Below, in pieces: positions 21,193-30,256 of a DNA stretch of 64,000 nucleotides (its first letter is position 1; each line of letters begins with the position of its first letter). The stretch covers positions 1,984,001 through 2,048,000 of the forward strand of contig OY762463.1 of the NCBI GenBank assembly GCA_963665815.1, in the 5' to 3' direction. The position numbers were made by a program, and so were the translations under genes. This stretch comes from Candidatus Cloacimonadales bacterium (GTDB lineage Bacteria; Cloacimonadota; Cloacimonadia; Cloacimonadales; JAIOQZ01). The notes under the pieces are model-generated. The model saw only the letters and a program-made list of their open reading frames with translations, made no database searches and was not told where the DNA came from.

Positions 21193-23526
21193 ATGTTAAA
21201 GCCTGAGTTATCCATTTCTGTCAGAAATCTGGTCGAATATGTATATCGGTCAGGTCACTATGATGCTACCTATAAAGGACCCTCCAGAGCTTTGGAAGGA
21301 ACCCGGGCACACCAGAAAGTTCAGAAATCCAGACCGGATAACTACACAGCAGAAGTCTCACTGAAACATGTTCATGAAACAGAAAAATTTGATCTTGTTC
21401 TACAGGGGAGAATCGACGGTATTTTCTTTAATGAAAGCAGTATCATACTCGAAGAGATAAAATCGACTTTTCTTCCCTCGGAACACATTACTGATGGTAA
21501 CATTGTCCACTGGGCTCAAGTGTTGCTCTACGCATATGTATACTGTCTCCAGAACAATCTCGAATCTGTAGATGTGTCATTAACCTACTACCAGATTGAT
21601 GAAGAAAAAGAAGTCACCTTCAACAAACTGCAAACATTTGCACAGCTCAAAGACTTTTATAATGAGACGATCAATGAATACCTGAAGTGGGCAGAGATAA
21701 TTGTAAACAACAGAAATAAAAGAGACATAAGCATTGAAAATCTCAATTTTCCGTTTGTATTCAGAGAAGGACAACGAAAGCTTTCTGTATATGTGTATAA
21801 AGCTATTCAGGAAGAGCGGAATCTGTTTCTCGAAGCTCCAACTGGAACAGGAAAAACAATCGGCACCATCTTCCCCACTCTGAAGCATCTCAAGGATAAC
21901 CAGAAAATTTTCTACCTTGCAGCAAAGACCACCGGAAAGAATATAGCTCTTAATACACTTAGAATCCTTTCCGAGAATGGACTGAAGGCAAAGATTCTGC
22001 TATTAACAGCAAAGGATAAAGTTTGTTTTCTTGAAACCACCCAATGCTATCCGGAAAAATGTCCCTATACTATTGATTTCTACACAAAACTGAATGGAGT
22101 TACAAAAAAGCTCCTGGAAAATGATGTACTTACTACCGAACTGATCAGCCAGATTGCCGAGGAAGAGAAGGTCTGCCCTTTTGAGCTGGCACTGGAAGCT
22201 TCCCTCTACTGCGATATTATCATCTGTGACTACAACTATGTGTTTGATCCGGTTGTGTTTCTCAGACGCTTCTTTATGGATTCAGCCAGAAGATATTACT
22301 TCCTGATAGACGAAGCCCATAATCTGGTAGACAGAGCCAGAAGCATGTATTCGTCGGATATCCTGAAATCAGAAGTAATGGATCTGAAAAAACTGATGAA
22401 ACCGATATCTAAAGCTGTTCACAATAAACTGCAGGGAATCAATAAACAGTTATTGCAGATCAGAAAAGACATTGATAATGCAAAGCAGGCATCAATCAAA
22501 GACAAACCGGAAAGTCTGATCAGGAGCATTACAAAGTTCTACAAGGAATGCGAAGCCTGGTTAGCAGAGAATCAGGAATCTGAATTTAAGAATGATGTTC
22601 TGGAGTTTTTCTTCAAGTGCAATAACTTCCTGAAAATCAGTGAGATTTACGGTGATAACTACACAACATTGATAACCAATTCGAGTAGAGAACTCCGTCT
22701 GGAGCTGTTCTGCATCGATCCTGCCAGACATCTTGCTGAGTGCCTTAAAAAATCCATATCAGCAGTATTCTTCTCTGCTACCTTCCGACCTGTACAGTAT
22801 TACAGGGATCTGCTTGGCGGCACAGAAGAAGACTGGATGCTTTATCTGGATTCTCCTTTCCCACGTGAGAGCACCTCAGTATTAATATCATCATATGTGA
22901 ATACCAGATATCTGGTTAGAGATTCAAGTTACAAACACATTGCAGAAGTGATACAATCAGCTTACAAGAGCAAAGAAGGGAACTATCTTGTGTTTTTCCC
23001 ATCATACGAGTACTTGCAGAATGTTCTGACCGAGCTTGAGCCTTTACCTGATAACTTTGTTATACAGGAAAGGGATATGTCTGAGGATGAGAGAACTGAT
23101 TTTATTGAAAGATTTGAGCAGAAGCAGAACCAGATTGGTTTTGCAGTGATGGGTGGAGCTTTCGGAGAAGGAATTGACCTGACAGGAGACACACTGATAG
23201 GTGCAATTGTGATTGGGGTAGGATTACCCCAGATAAGCTATAAGAAAAACATAATAAAGGAATACTATAACGAACAGGAAGCTGATGGATTTCTGTATTC
23301 CTACTTATACCCGGGAATGAACAGAGTTCTGCAGGCTGCCGGACGTGTAATCCGAACCATGAATGATAAAGGCACAATAATTCTTTTGGACGATCGTTTT
23401 CTGACAATGAGATACAGAAATCTGTTCCCGGAAACCTGGAAGCACTATAAAGTATTCAGAAATATTGACAGCTTTGAAACAGAATGTACAGAATTCTGGG
23501 AATCGAAGAACGAGGAGGAAGAATGA
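21193..23526 (+). CDS. DinG/XPD-family Fe-S helicase with N-terminal PD-(D/E)XK nuclease domain
   Basis: GRIDG...EEIKS...Q..Y nuclease motif; APTGTGKT; Cys cluster; DEAHN; QAAGRVIR. Confidence 0.88.
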   Translation: MLKPELSISVRNLVEYVYRSGHYDATYKGPSRALEGTRAHQKVQKSRPDNYTAEVSLKHVHETEKFDLVLQGRIDGIFFNESSIILEEIKSTFLPSEHITDGNIVHWAQVLLYAYVYCLQNNLESVDVSLTYYQIDEEKEVTFNKLQTFAQLKDFYNETINEYLKWAEIIVNNRNKRDISIENLNFPFVFREGQRKLSVYVYKAIQEERNLFLEAPTGTGKTIGTIFPTLKHLKDNQKIFYLAAKTTGKNIALNTLRILSENGLKAKILLLTAKDKVCFLETTQCYPEKCPYTIDFYTKLNGVTKKLLENDVLTTELISQIAEEEKVCPFELALEASLYCDIIICDYNYVFDPVVFLRRFFMDSARRYYFLIDEAHNLVDRARSMYSSDILKSEVMDLKKLMKPISKAVHNKLQGINKQLLQIRKDIDNAKQASIKDKPESLIRSITKFYKECEAWLAENQESEFKNDVLEFFFKCNNFLKISEIYGDNYTTLITNSSRELRLELFCIDPARHLAECLKKSISAVFFSATFRPVQYYRDLLGGTEEDWMLYLDSPFPRESTSVLISSYVNTRYLVRDSSYKHIAEVIQSAYKSKEGNYLVFFPSYEYLQNVLTELEPLPDNFVIQERDMSEDERTDFIERFEQKQNQIGFAVMGGAFGEGIDLTGDTLIGAIVIGVGLPQISYKKNIIKEYYNEQEADGFLYSYLYPGMNRVLQAAGRVIRTMNDKGTIILLDDRFLTMRYRNLFPETWKHYKVFRNIDSFETECTEFWESKNEEEE

Positions 23527-23915
23527 TTAAGCAAGTTATAAATATTCGTACTGACCGAAAAGACCAGATGAAGAATATCACAAGTCATTTACGTGATTTC
23601 ATCCGAGAGAACGGTATTGAAGAAGGCAGATTGACTGTGTTTGTTCCACATACAACTGCTGCCGTGACGATAAACGAGAATGCTGACCCTACAGTTCAGT
23701 CTGACATGCTGTACTCTCTGGACAAGATTTCTCCGGACTATCCTGCATTCCGCCATATGGAAGGCAACTCCGATGCACATGTAAAAAGCTCATTGATTGG
23801 CTGTTCTCAGGATGTATTTGTGTTTGATGGAAGCCTGATGCTGGGAACCTGGCAGGGAGTATATTTCTGTGAGTTTGACGGACCGAGATCCAGAAAGTTC
23901 TATATTGTCGGATGA
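23523..23915 (+). CDS. yjbQ: YjbQ/UPF0047 family protein
   Basis: HTTAAVTINEN, H.EGNSDAHVK and LGTWQG...EFDGPR motifs. Confidence 0.9.
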   Translation: MIKQVINIRTDRKDQMKNITSHLRDFIRENGIEEGRLTVFVPHTTAAVTINENADPTVQSDMLYSLDKISPDYPAFRHMEGNSDAHVKSSLIGCSQDVFVFDGSLMLGTWQGVYFCEFDGPRSRKFYIVG

Positions 23916-23974
23916 TTTTGAGTAGTAATTATTGTTCATCTTCGCATTTACCTGCTGAAGGATTCCATGCAAAT

Positions 23975-24009
23975 CACCTTCGGAATGGTTGAAAACCTTC
24001 CGAATGGTG
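23975..24009. repeat. Bulged palindrome, copy 1 (others at 25647-25681 and 31025-31059)
   Basis: CACC-TTCGGAA-T-GGTT-GAA-AACC-TTCCGAA-T-GGTG. Confidence 0.7.
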
Positions 24010-24057
24010 TGACTGGTAATGCTGATAATATAAAATCGGAAACTTAATGCACACCAT

Positions 24058-24082
24058 GAGACACAAGATGTTGTGTCTCTAC
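24058..24082 (-). repeat. GTAG-type REP
   Basis: Reverse strand reads GTAGAGACACAACATCTTGTGTCTC. Confidence 0.7.
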
Positions 24083-24123
24083 AATTATTGGAAGACAATG
24101 TGACGTTAAAACGTCACTCCCAT

Positions 24124-24258
24124 GGGGGGACTGCTTCATCTGTACAAAATATAATTTTGAACTTTGATAAAGAAGGATAATAATCCCATGAACAATTTTC
24201 TTGACCATTTGCCGTTAATGAGCTCAATTTTACTATATTATGGAGTAAGGAGACAGGA
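24124..24258 (+). promoter_or_regulatory. Conserved Rhs-cassette leader (also 26264-26399 and, shorter, 28268-28351)
   Basis: Shared TTGACC...GCTCAATTT...ATGGAGTAAGGAG...GGA then TTG start before each cassette. Confidence 0.7.
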
Positions 24259-25205
24259 TTGTACGTAGGAAATAACGTAACGAATTTACAGGAAGACCAT
24301 TATTATCCACTGAGCAGGTTTGGAATGAGACTTGGAGGATTATCCTCTACCAATGGAGATAAATCCAATAAATTCATTTACAACGGAAAAGAATTTGAAG
24401 ATGAGAATAATGTACCTCCTATGGTCTTCGAACTGACGTTCTATAGACTTCGGAGTGGAGACTCTCGCCTGCGGCTACGAGCTCTTTTTTGGAGACTTTC
24501 GGGCTTTACCCTGCAAGCTCGTAGCTACCACTACGGAGTGCGTTATTACGACCCACAGCTTGGGCGCTGGCACGCTATAGACCCGGCTGAGGAATTCTTT
24601 AGCCCTTACAATTATTGTGCTAACAATCCTATTATGTTTGTTGACCCGGATGGGGCTATGTCAACTGCTGCTTTACCTTTAGCAGCTTTTGAGATCGGTT
24701 TAGGTTCAACTGCAGCAGCAGGGGCTGGCCTTATAGTGATTTTTGGTATTTCTTTTTATGTAACAGACTGTATTATGGATGAAATTCAAGAAAAGAATTT
24801 GCGGAAGCCCAAGCAGAAGAAAATAATAAAGGAGTTGCTTTTATTCATGCTTGTAAGTTAGAGGGACAATCCACTCCTCATGTTTCAATTGAAATTTGGG
24901 GACTGAATTCGGAGCTTTCGGTTGATGATTCCAAAAATACCTATGTACAAATTGTAAAAAACCACAACTTGGAGATAAGAAAGTTGACTATATTGGAACA
25001 ATTCCAGTTGTTGTTAACAATCCAGTAGCTCTATCTGAATATCAGTCAAGCACTCTATATCAATCAAGAGGACAATGGAATTCTGGAAATAATTGTCTAA
25101 CTTATGTTATGGAAGTTTATAAATGCAGGTGGTTCTAACTACAAAAGCAGAAAGATAACAAAAGATCTAAAAATGAATAACAAAAAAATGAATCCAACAT
25201 GGTAA
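24259..25205 (+). pseudogene. Mini Rhs-core toxin 1; papain-fold-like C-terminus broken by three frameshifts
   Basis: YNGKE...[12 protein letters not shown]...NNPIMFVDPDG core; continuation in other frames (PHVSIEI; NNCLTYVMEV; NAGG...PTW*). Confidence 0.75.
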
Positions 25206-25227
25206 AACAAGAGAGAAGGAGATAAAT

Positions 25228-25554
25228 ATGCCACCAACAAAGTGCTCAAAACATGGCAAAACCTTTGCAATTTCCTTGTGCAAGCATGTAGAACAAGCTT
25301 TAAATAAGGATATTCCTATTGACATTGTTCATGTATGCATTGATTTTTTTGAGGAATATATGTGTCTCTCGTGCTTTGAACTTTATAAAGATTGTAATAC
25401 ATTGGAAGATATTGAAAAAGTTGCCACAAAAGATTCTTGGAATGCCAAGTGTGTCGACTGTTTCAGAGAATATCTTGCCAGTCATAATATTATTCCTCTA
25501 AAACATTTTGTTAATACTTTTTTTGGTGAGGAATGTTCGTTTCTTACAGGCTAA
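25228..25554 (+). CDS. Putative immunity protein 1 (Cys-rich)
   Basis: AAGGAG RBS directly after the toxin end; CxxH, CxH and two CxxC motifs. Confidence 0.6.
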   Translation: MPPTKCSKHGKTFAISLCKHVEQALNKDIPIDIVHVCIDFFEEYMCLSCFELYKDCNTLEDIEKVATKDSWNAKCVDCFREYLASHNIIPLKHFVNTFFGEECSFLTG

Positions 25555-25572
25555 TCTATGATTTATATACAT

Positions 25573-25599
25573 CAAGCCAGAAACAAGTTTTCTGGCTTG
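25573..25599 (+). terminator. Shared cassette terminator (also 28201-28223 and 30951-30978)
   Basis: AAGCCAGAAAC-nn-GTTTTCTGGCTT hairpin found after each cassette. Confidence 0.75.
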
Positions 25600-25763
25600 T
25601 TCTGTTTGAACCTTGATTTTCATGATTGAAGTATTGCTCACCTGAACACCTTCCAAATGGTTAAAGACCTTTTGAATGGTGTGACTAACTGCTGTTTTTT
25701 GGTGAAATTAATACTGTGAAGTACCCCCTTCAACGAATAGGAATAGTACATCCTACGTTGTTT

Positions 25764-25786
25764 GTAGGGAACAAATATATTTGTTC
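25764..25786 (+). repeat. GTAG-type REP (homologue at 31171-31193)
   Basis: GTAGGGAACAAATATATTTGTTC. Confidence 0.65.
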
Positions 25787-25827
25787 AGAATTTTAAACCC
25801 TCTGTCTCGTAAACTCGACATCTCTAC

Positions 25828-26015
25828 CAGACTGTGTAAAAACGGGTTGTGATAGAAAACTAATCCTTATTTTTGTCGCAGATTTCGACTCCGCTCAATC
25901 AACTTAATCTGTTATAATCAATAGAGTTATAAGTTTCCTGAGTCCCGATAAAGTCGGAAAAGGGAATATGATGTGAACAAAAGAAACGACAATAATTACG
26001 TTTTTACACAGTCTG
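25828..26015. mobile_element. MITE family A, copy 1 (188 bp), nested inside a palindromic repeat
   Basis: Perfect 17-bp TIR CAGACTGTGTAAAAACG / CGTTTTTACACAGTCTG; similar to 35252-35454. Confidence 0.85.
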
Positions 26016-26100
26016 TCCGTAGATGTTTCTGTTAGAACACCTCCATAGATGCATTAGGGAGAACTTTGTCTGTACGAGCTTGTACAGTTCTGATATACGC

Positions 26101-26155
26101 GTAGAGACAAACGGCCGTTTGTCTCAGAATTAGACGTTGCATGCAACGTCTCTAC
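26101..26155. repeat. Inverted doublet of GTAG REPs (REPIN/BIME-like)
   Basis: GTAGAGACAAACGGCCGTTTGTCTC followed by GACGTTGCATGCAACGTCTCTAC; related single REP at 31307-31330. Confidence 0.75.
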
Positions 26156-26399
26156 AGAGACTAGAATCAGGATTTACCTGAGTAAATCGACTATGCCTAT
26201 TTCACATTGACATTCCAAGCCCCCCATTCGCAAGGACAGGTCCATTGCGAAGGGGGCTATATATGGGGGTACTGCTTTAGCTGTACAAAATATAATGTTG
26301 AACTTTTATAAAGAAGGATTGTAATCTCAAGAATAATTTTCTTGACCTTTTGCCACTAATGGGCTCAATTTAGCGATAAAATGGAGTAAGGAGGTAGGA

Positions 26400-27287
26400 T
26401 TGAACGTAGGAAATAACGTAACGAATTTACAGGAAGACCATTATTATCCACTGAGCAGGTTTGGAATGAGACTTGGAGGATTATCCTCTACCAATGGAGA
26501 TAAATCCAATAAATTCATTTACAACGGAAAAGAATTTGAAGATGAGAATAATGTACCTCCTATGGTTCTCGGATTCAAATCCTACGAACTTCGGAGTGGA
26601 GACTCTCGCCTGCGGCTACGAGCTCTTTTTTGGAGACTTTCGGGCTTTACCCTGCAAGCTCGTAGCTACCACTACGGAGTGCGTTATTACGACCCACAGC
26701 TTGGGCGTTGGCATTCCATAGATCCTGCTGATGAGTTCTTTAGCCCTTATGTGTATTGCCACAACGACCCAGTGAACTTTGTTGATCCGGATGGGGCGGA
26801 AAGAGAAAGTAAATACAATGTGAATGATTTCTCAGCACAAGACATAGCTGATCTACTCAAAAACAATGGATATGAGGAAACAAAGAAAAAATTTGGAGAA
26901 GTTACAAGTTATTCAATAGTTGCTTTATTGGTTGCAGTATGGAGGGAAACTCACAACAAACGTTATTCAGAATTTCTAACTTGTGATATAGAACCAGAAG
27001 AAAAACTCTATTCTCTTCAGAAACACAATACTACTGATGATGCAAGTAAGAAATCTGCTGATACAGGGAATGGTATGTGGAAAGCATATGCAATAATGTT
27101 TGTATCTGGAGTTGTAGGAGGAATATCTTATGGCTTGCAATGGGTTGGACTTATTACTACAGGAGGGAATGTTGCTGTTGATTCAAAATCAGCTGTGGAT
27201 TTAGCAAAGGATAATGATGACAAGCTGGAAGAAGCTGCAGATATTTATAATGAAGAAAGAGGATACTATGATGATGATGAAGATTAA
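26400..27287 (+). CDS. Mini Rhs-core toxin 2 (C-terminus of unknown type with a Gly-rich hydrophobic segment)
   Basis: Rhs core ending FVDPDG, then unique sequence. Confidence 0.78.
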   Translation: MNVGNNVTNLQEDHYYPLSRFGMRLGGLSSTNGDKSNKFIYNGKEFEDENNVPPMVLGFKSYELRSGDSRLRLRALFWRLSGFTLQARSYHYGVRYYDPQLGRWHSIDPADEFFSPYVYCHNDPVNFVDPDGAERESKYNVNDFSAQDIADLLKNNGYEETKKKFGEVTSYSIVALLVAVWRETHNKRYSEFLTCDIEPEEKLYSLQKHNTTDDASKKSADTGNGMWKAYAIMFVSGVVGGISYGLQWVGLITTGGNVAVDSKSAVDLAKDNDDKLEEAADIYNEERGYYDDDED

Positions 27288-28176
27288 TTTATTCGCAATT
27301 TGTTTTATATGCTTTTTATGTAATATATCTAGTTTGGGCTGTCAGGTGACTGATAAAGAAAAAAGATGTAAGGAGCTTGAAGCAAGATTTGATAGTGTTA
27401 ACACAATACATGATTACAATTATGTATTGGATAATGAAGCTGATATTGAATGGTTAGTAGAGAATTCAGATAATTTTCAAGTCAGAAACTTTTATGCTGT
27501 GAGACTTCTAGAAGCTAATTTCATAATGAAAAATTATAATAAATCGTTACAATTTGTAGAGATATTGTTAAATGATCTACCATTTGAAGAATTTGAACAA
27601 TATCAGCTTAAAACTAAGTTTATAATTGACTATAGACTGAACTCAGCTATCAATAACGAACTTTTGAATAAGTTGGAATTGAATAATATAACAACATTAG
27701 ACAATATAATTTTTGCATTACATATTAATAGGCTAATCAATTCAGATTTTAATCCCGTTAATTTCTTGGAAAAGTACAATATAGAGATTAATTATCCGCC
27801 ATATCAAGCAGTCTACATCTATCTATACTTAGCTAGTCGTGCAATTGAGACTAATGATTATTTAAGTGCAAAAGAAAATTTAGTTCTTGCAGAGAAAAAA
27901 ATTGAATCCATGGCTAATATTTCTGAAGCAAGCAGAAATGTTTATTTTGTTAAACTTATACTATGGAAAAGTATTGTTGCCTATAAGGAAAACAGAATTG
28001 AAGATGCTAAGCAATTTTATTCAAATGCAATAGAATTGAGCAAAACAATTTGCATGATAAAGACAAGTACTATTGATCACCTGCTTGATTTCTATACAAT
28101 TGTTGAAGTTAATAATGAATTTAAAGATATAATCAGAGAGCTTGATAAGTCATACAGGAAAGAACAGAAAAAGTAG
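27271..28176 (+). CDS. Putative immunity protein 2 (signal peptide, helical/TPR-like)
   Basis: Overlaps the toxin stop; GAGGA RBS; hydrophobic N-terminus ending SLGC. Confidence 0.6.
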   Translation: MMMKINLFAICFICFLCNISSLGCQVTDKEKRCKELEARFDSVNTIHDYNYVLDNEADIEWLVENSDNFQVRNFYAVRLLEANFIMKNYNKSLQFVEILLNDLPFEEFEQYQLKTKFIIDYRLNSAINNELLNKLELNNITTLDNIIFALHINRLINSDFNPVNFLEKYNIEINYPPYQAVYIYLYLASRAIETNDYLSAKENLVLAEKKIESMANISEASRNVYFVKLILWKSIVAYKENRIEDAKQFYSNAIELSKTICMIKTSTIDHLLDFYTIVEVNNEFKDIIRELDKSYRKEQKK

Positions 28177-28351
28177 TTCAGCTACTGTAAATAATACTAC
28201 GCCAGAAACATGTTTTCTGGCTTATTTTTCCGTGTCCTTTAGTGTATTCCATGTTTGAATCCTAATGGGATTGTAATCCCATGAACAATTTCCTTGACCA
28301 TTTGCCGCTAATGAGCTCAATTTTGCTACATTATGGAGTAAGGAGACAGGA

Positions 28352-29356
28352 TTGTATCTGGGAAACACAGCTTTAATAGTGCAAGAAGACCATTATTATC
28401 CACTGAGCAGCTTTGGAATGAGACTTGGTGGTATCTCCTCTGATACCGGGCAGGAAAACAAGTTCCTCTACAACGGAAAAGAATTTGAAGATGAGAATAA
28501 TGTACCTCCTATGGTCTTCGAACTGACGTTCTATAGACTTCGGAGTGGAGACTCTCGCCTGCGGCTACGAGCTCTTTTTTGGAGACTTTCGGGCTATGCC
28601 TTGCAAGATCGTAGCTACCACTACGGAGTGCGTTATTACGACCCACAGCTTGGTTCTGGGAGACTTTCGGGCTATGCCTTGCAAGCTCATTGCTGGATGG
28701 CAGTTGACCCGGCTGATGAGTTCTTTAGTCCTTATGTGTATTGCCATAACGACCCGGTTAATTTTGTTGATCCGGATGGCAGAATAGTACGAGTAAACCA
28801 AGATTTTGCCCAAACCAGAACATACAAACTTTATTCAAGTACTGAAGGAGGAAAAGCCCAATTAGCACAATTCCAAGCTGGAGGTAAATATGAACATCAT
28901 GTACTTGAAATTGGTTACAAAAGGAAAATGTGGTCTTCAGGTTCTCAAAGCTCAGGTACATATAATTCACAGGGAGTTTTTGTCAAAGCTGATGTCGGAG
29001 TTCCATTTGGTGAAAGAAGCATAGTGTTTAAAATTAATATTAATAAAGAAATGAACGAACGCACCGAACAGCGTTCAAAGTGTGATTATAGAGTGGCTTC
29101 AATGGTTGAAACAGTTAGCCATGAAGTCGACCACTCTATTGACGAAGCCAATGCAGGTTATAATCTACCTTTTAGAGAAGGTGAAAACAAAGTGTCAGAG
29201 TATAATTCTGTTCATAACAGAATGAATATTATTCTTGATGTTTTTATAATGTTGGGAACAACAGATTTCTATCCTGAACCAGATAAAGCAGCTTACGAAA
29301 TTGCAACCGATCACTTGAATCATAATGAGGATGTTTACAATGAAACAAAACCTTAA
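28352..29356 (+). CDS. Mini Rhs-core toxin 3 with HExxH metallopeptidase-like C-terminus
   Basis: Rhs core ending FVDPDG; VETVSHEVDH motif. Confidence 0.78.
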   Translation: MYLGNTALIVQEDHYYPLSSFGMRLGGISSDTGQENKFLYNGKEFEDENNVPPMVFELTFYRLRSGDSRLRLRALFWRLSGYALQDRSYHYGVRYYDPQLGSGRLSGYALQAHCWMAVDPADEFFSPYVYCHNDPVNFVDPDGRIVRVNQDFAQTRTYKLYSSTEGGKAQLAQFQAGGKYEHHVLEIGYKRKMWSSGSQSSGTYNSQGVFVKADVGVPFGERSIVFKININKEMNERTEQRSKCDYRVASMVETVSHEVDHSIDEANAGYNLPFREGENKVSEYNSVHNRMNIILDVFIMLGTTDFYPEPDKAAYEIATDHLNHNEDVYNETKP

Positions 29357-30092
29357 AATTTTCTTTTTTGCCTGTATTTTGTGTAGCTTTTTACCATTAT
29401 GCTGTCAAGAGTTCTTAGTGTACAACTTTGATTCAGATATAAGTGATTGCTATTATTTTGAGAGATGGAAACTCCTACATAACATTAGTGATGATGACGC
29501 TGATATTAAACATAAGAAGATAAATGAAGTTAACTCAAAGTACTTAGGATATGGAAAAGAATTCTACTCTAAGTTGACATCTGGGAGAAAAGGTGTTTCA
29601 AAAACAATATTCGAAACTAAGGATGAAAAAATATCCGGAAAAAACTATGTTCGATACTCAAAAGCATGGTCTTGCTCTGACAGTCAGATTCCTTTTACAT
29701 TTGAAGGAAACAGAATTAGGTGTAGAATAGGAAAATCACCTTTCTTTAGTAGACCTTTTTTTGTTTCAAAAGATTTTGAGAGTTTGGTTTCTTACTTTTT
29801 TTCGACAACTCATGATTCTCTTTTAATTTTTAAAGACAATGAATGGATTACATTGTTCTCAAAAAGCGAAACTAATTCTTGCTTAGAAAATATATTTGGG
29901 AAAATTTATCATTTGGGCTCGTATTCGAAAAAGAATTTTTTTGATTATGTTTACTCAGATATTGATGAGTTTCTAGTTATCTCAAACTTAAATGGTTATT
30001 TGACATTTAGTCTTGTATGGTTTAATGAAAGGTGGGAGATTCTGAGAATTGAGTCTTCAGATAATCAATTCGGTGTCTTGAGAATCCCATAA
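29340..30092 (+). CDS. Putative immunity protein 3 (signal peptide)
   Basis: Overlaps the toxin stop; GAGGA RBS; MKQNLKIFFFACILCSFLPLCC leader. Confidence 0.6.
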   Translation: MKQNLKIFFFACILCSFLPLCCQEFLVYNFDSDISDCYYFERWKLLHNISDDDADIKHKKINEVNSKYLGYGKEFYSKLTSGRKGVSKTIFETKDEKISGKNYVRYSKAWSCSDSQIPFTFEGNRIRCRIGKSPFFSRPFFVSKDFESLVSYFFSTTHDSLLIFKDNEWITLFSKSETNSCLENIFGKIYHLGSYSKKNFFDYVYSDIDEFLVISNLNGYLTFSLVWFNERWEILRIESSDNQFGVLRIP

Positions 30093-30256
30093 CTAAGTAT
30101 TGTAAGCCGACTCTATTTACGTTTATGTCCATTTTTCTGTAGCCTTTCTGTAAAATAGAAAGGCTACAATTATAATTCTAGGAATATTTCTCCTCCTATT
30201 GAGTCTACCCCATATTTTGTACTAAGTCTAAGTTTGGTAAGTTTGAGTTATTCTGA

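Noticed and set aside
21193-23526. Cas4-like nuclease + DinG helicase as a CRISPR (type IV) component
   Set aside because: No array or other cas genes nearby; this fusion is a common standalone repair helicase in a housekeeping context.
24412-24525. Intein or group I/II intron in the Rhs core
   Set aside because: Too short; no Cys/Ser...His-Asn intein ends and no recognisable intron core or termini.
24424-26589. DGR-type mutagenesis or simple inversion explaining the hairpin A variants
   Set aside because: Changes affect all four bases and are compensatory; variant 2 is not the reverse complement of variant 1.
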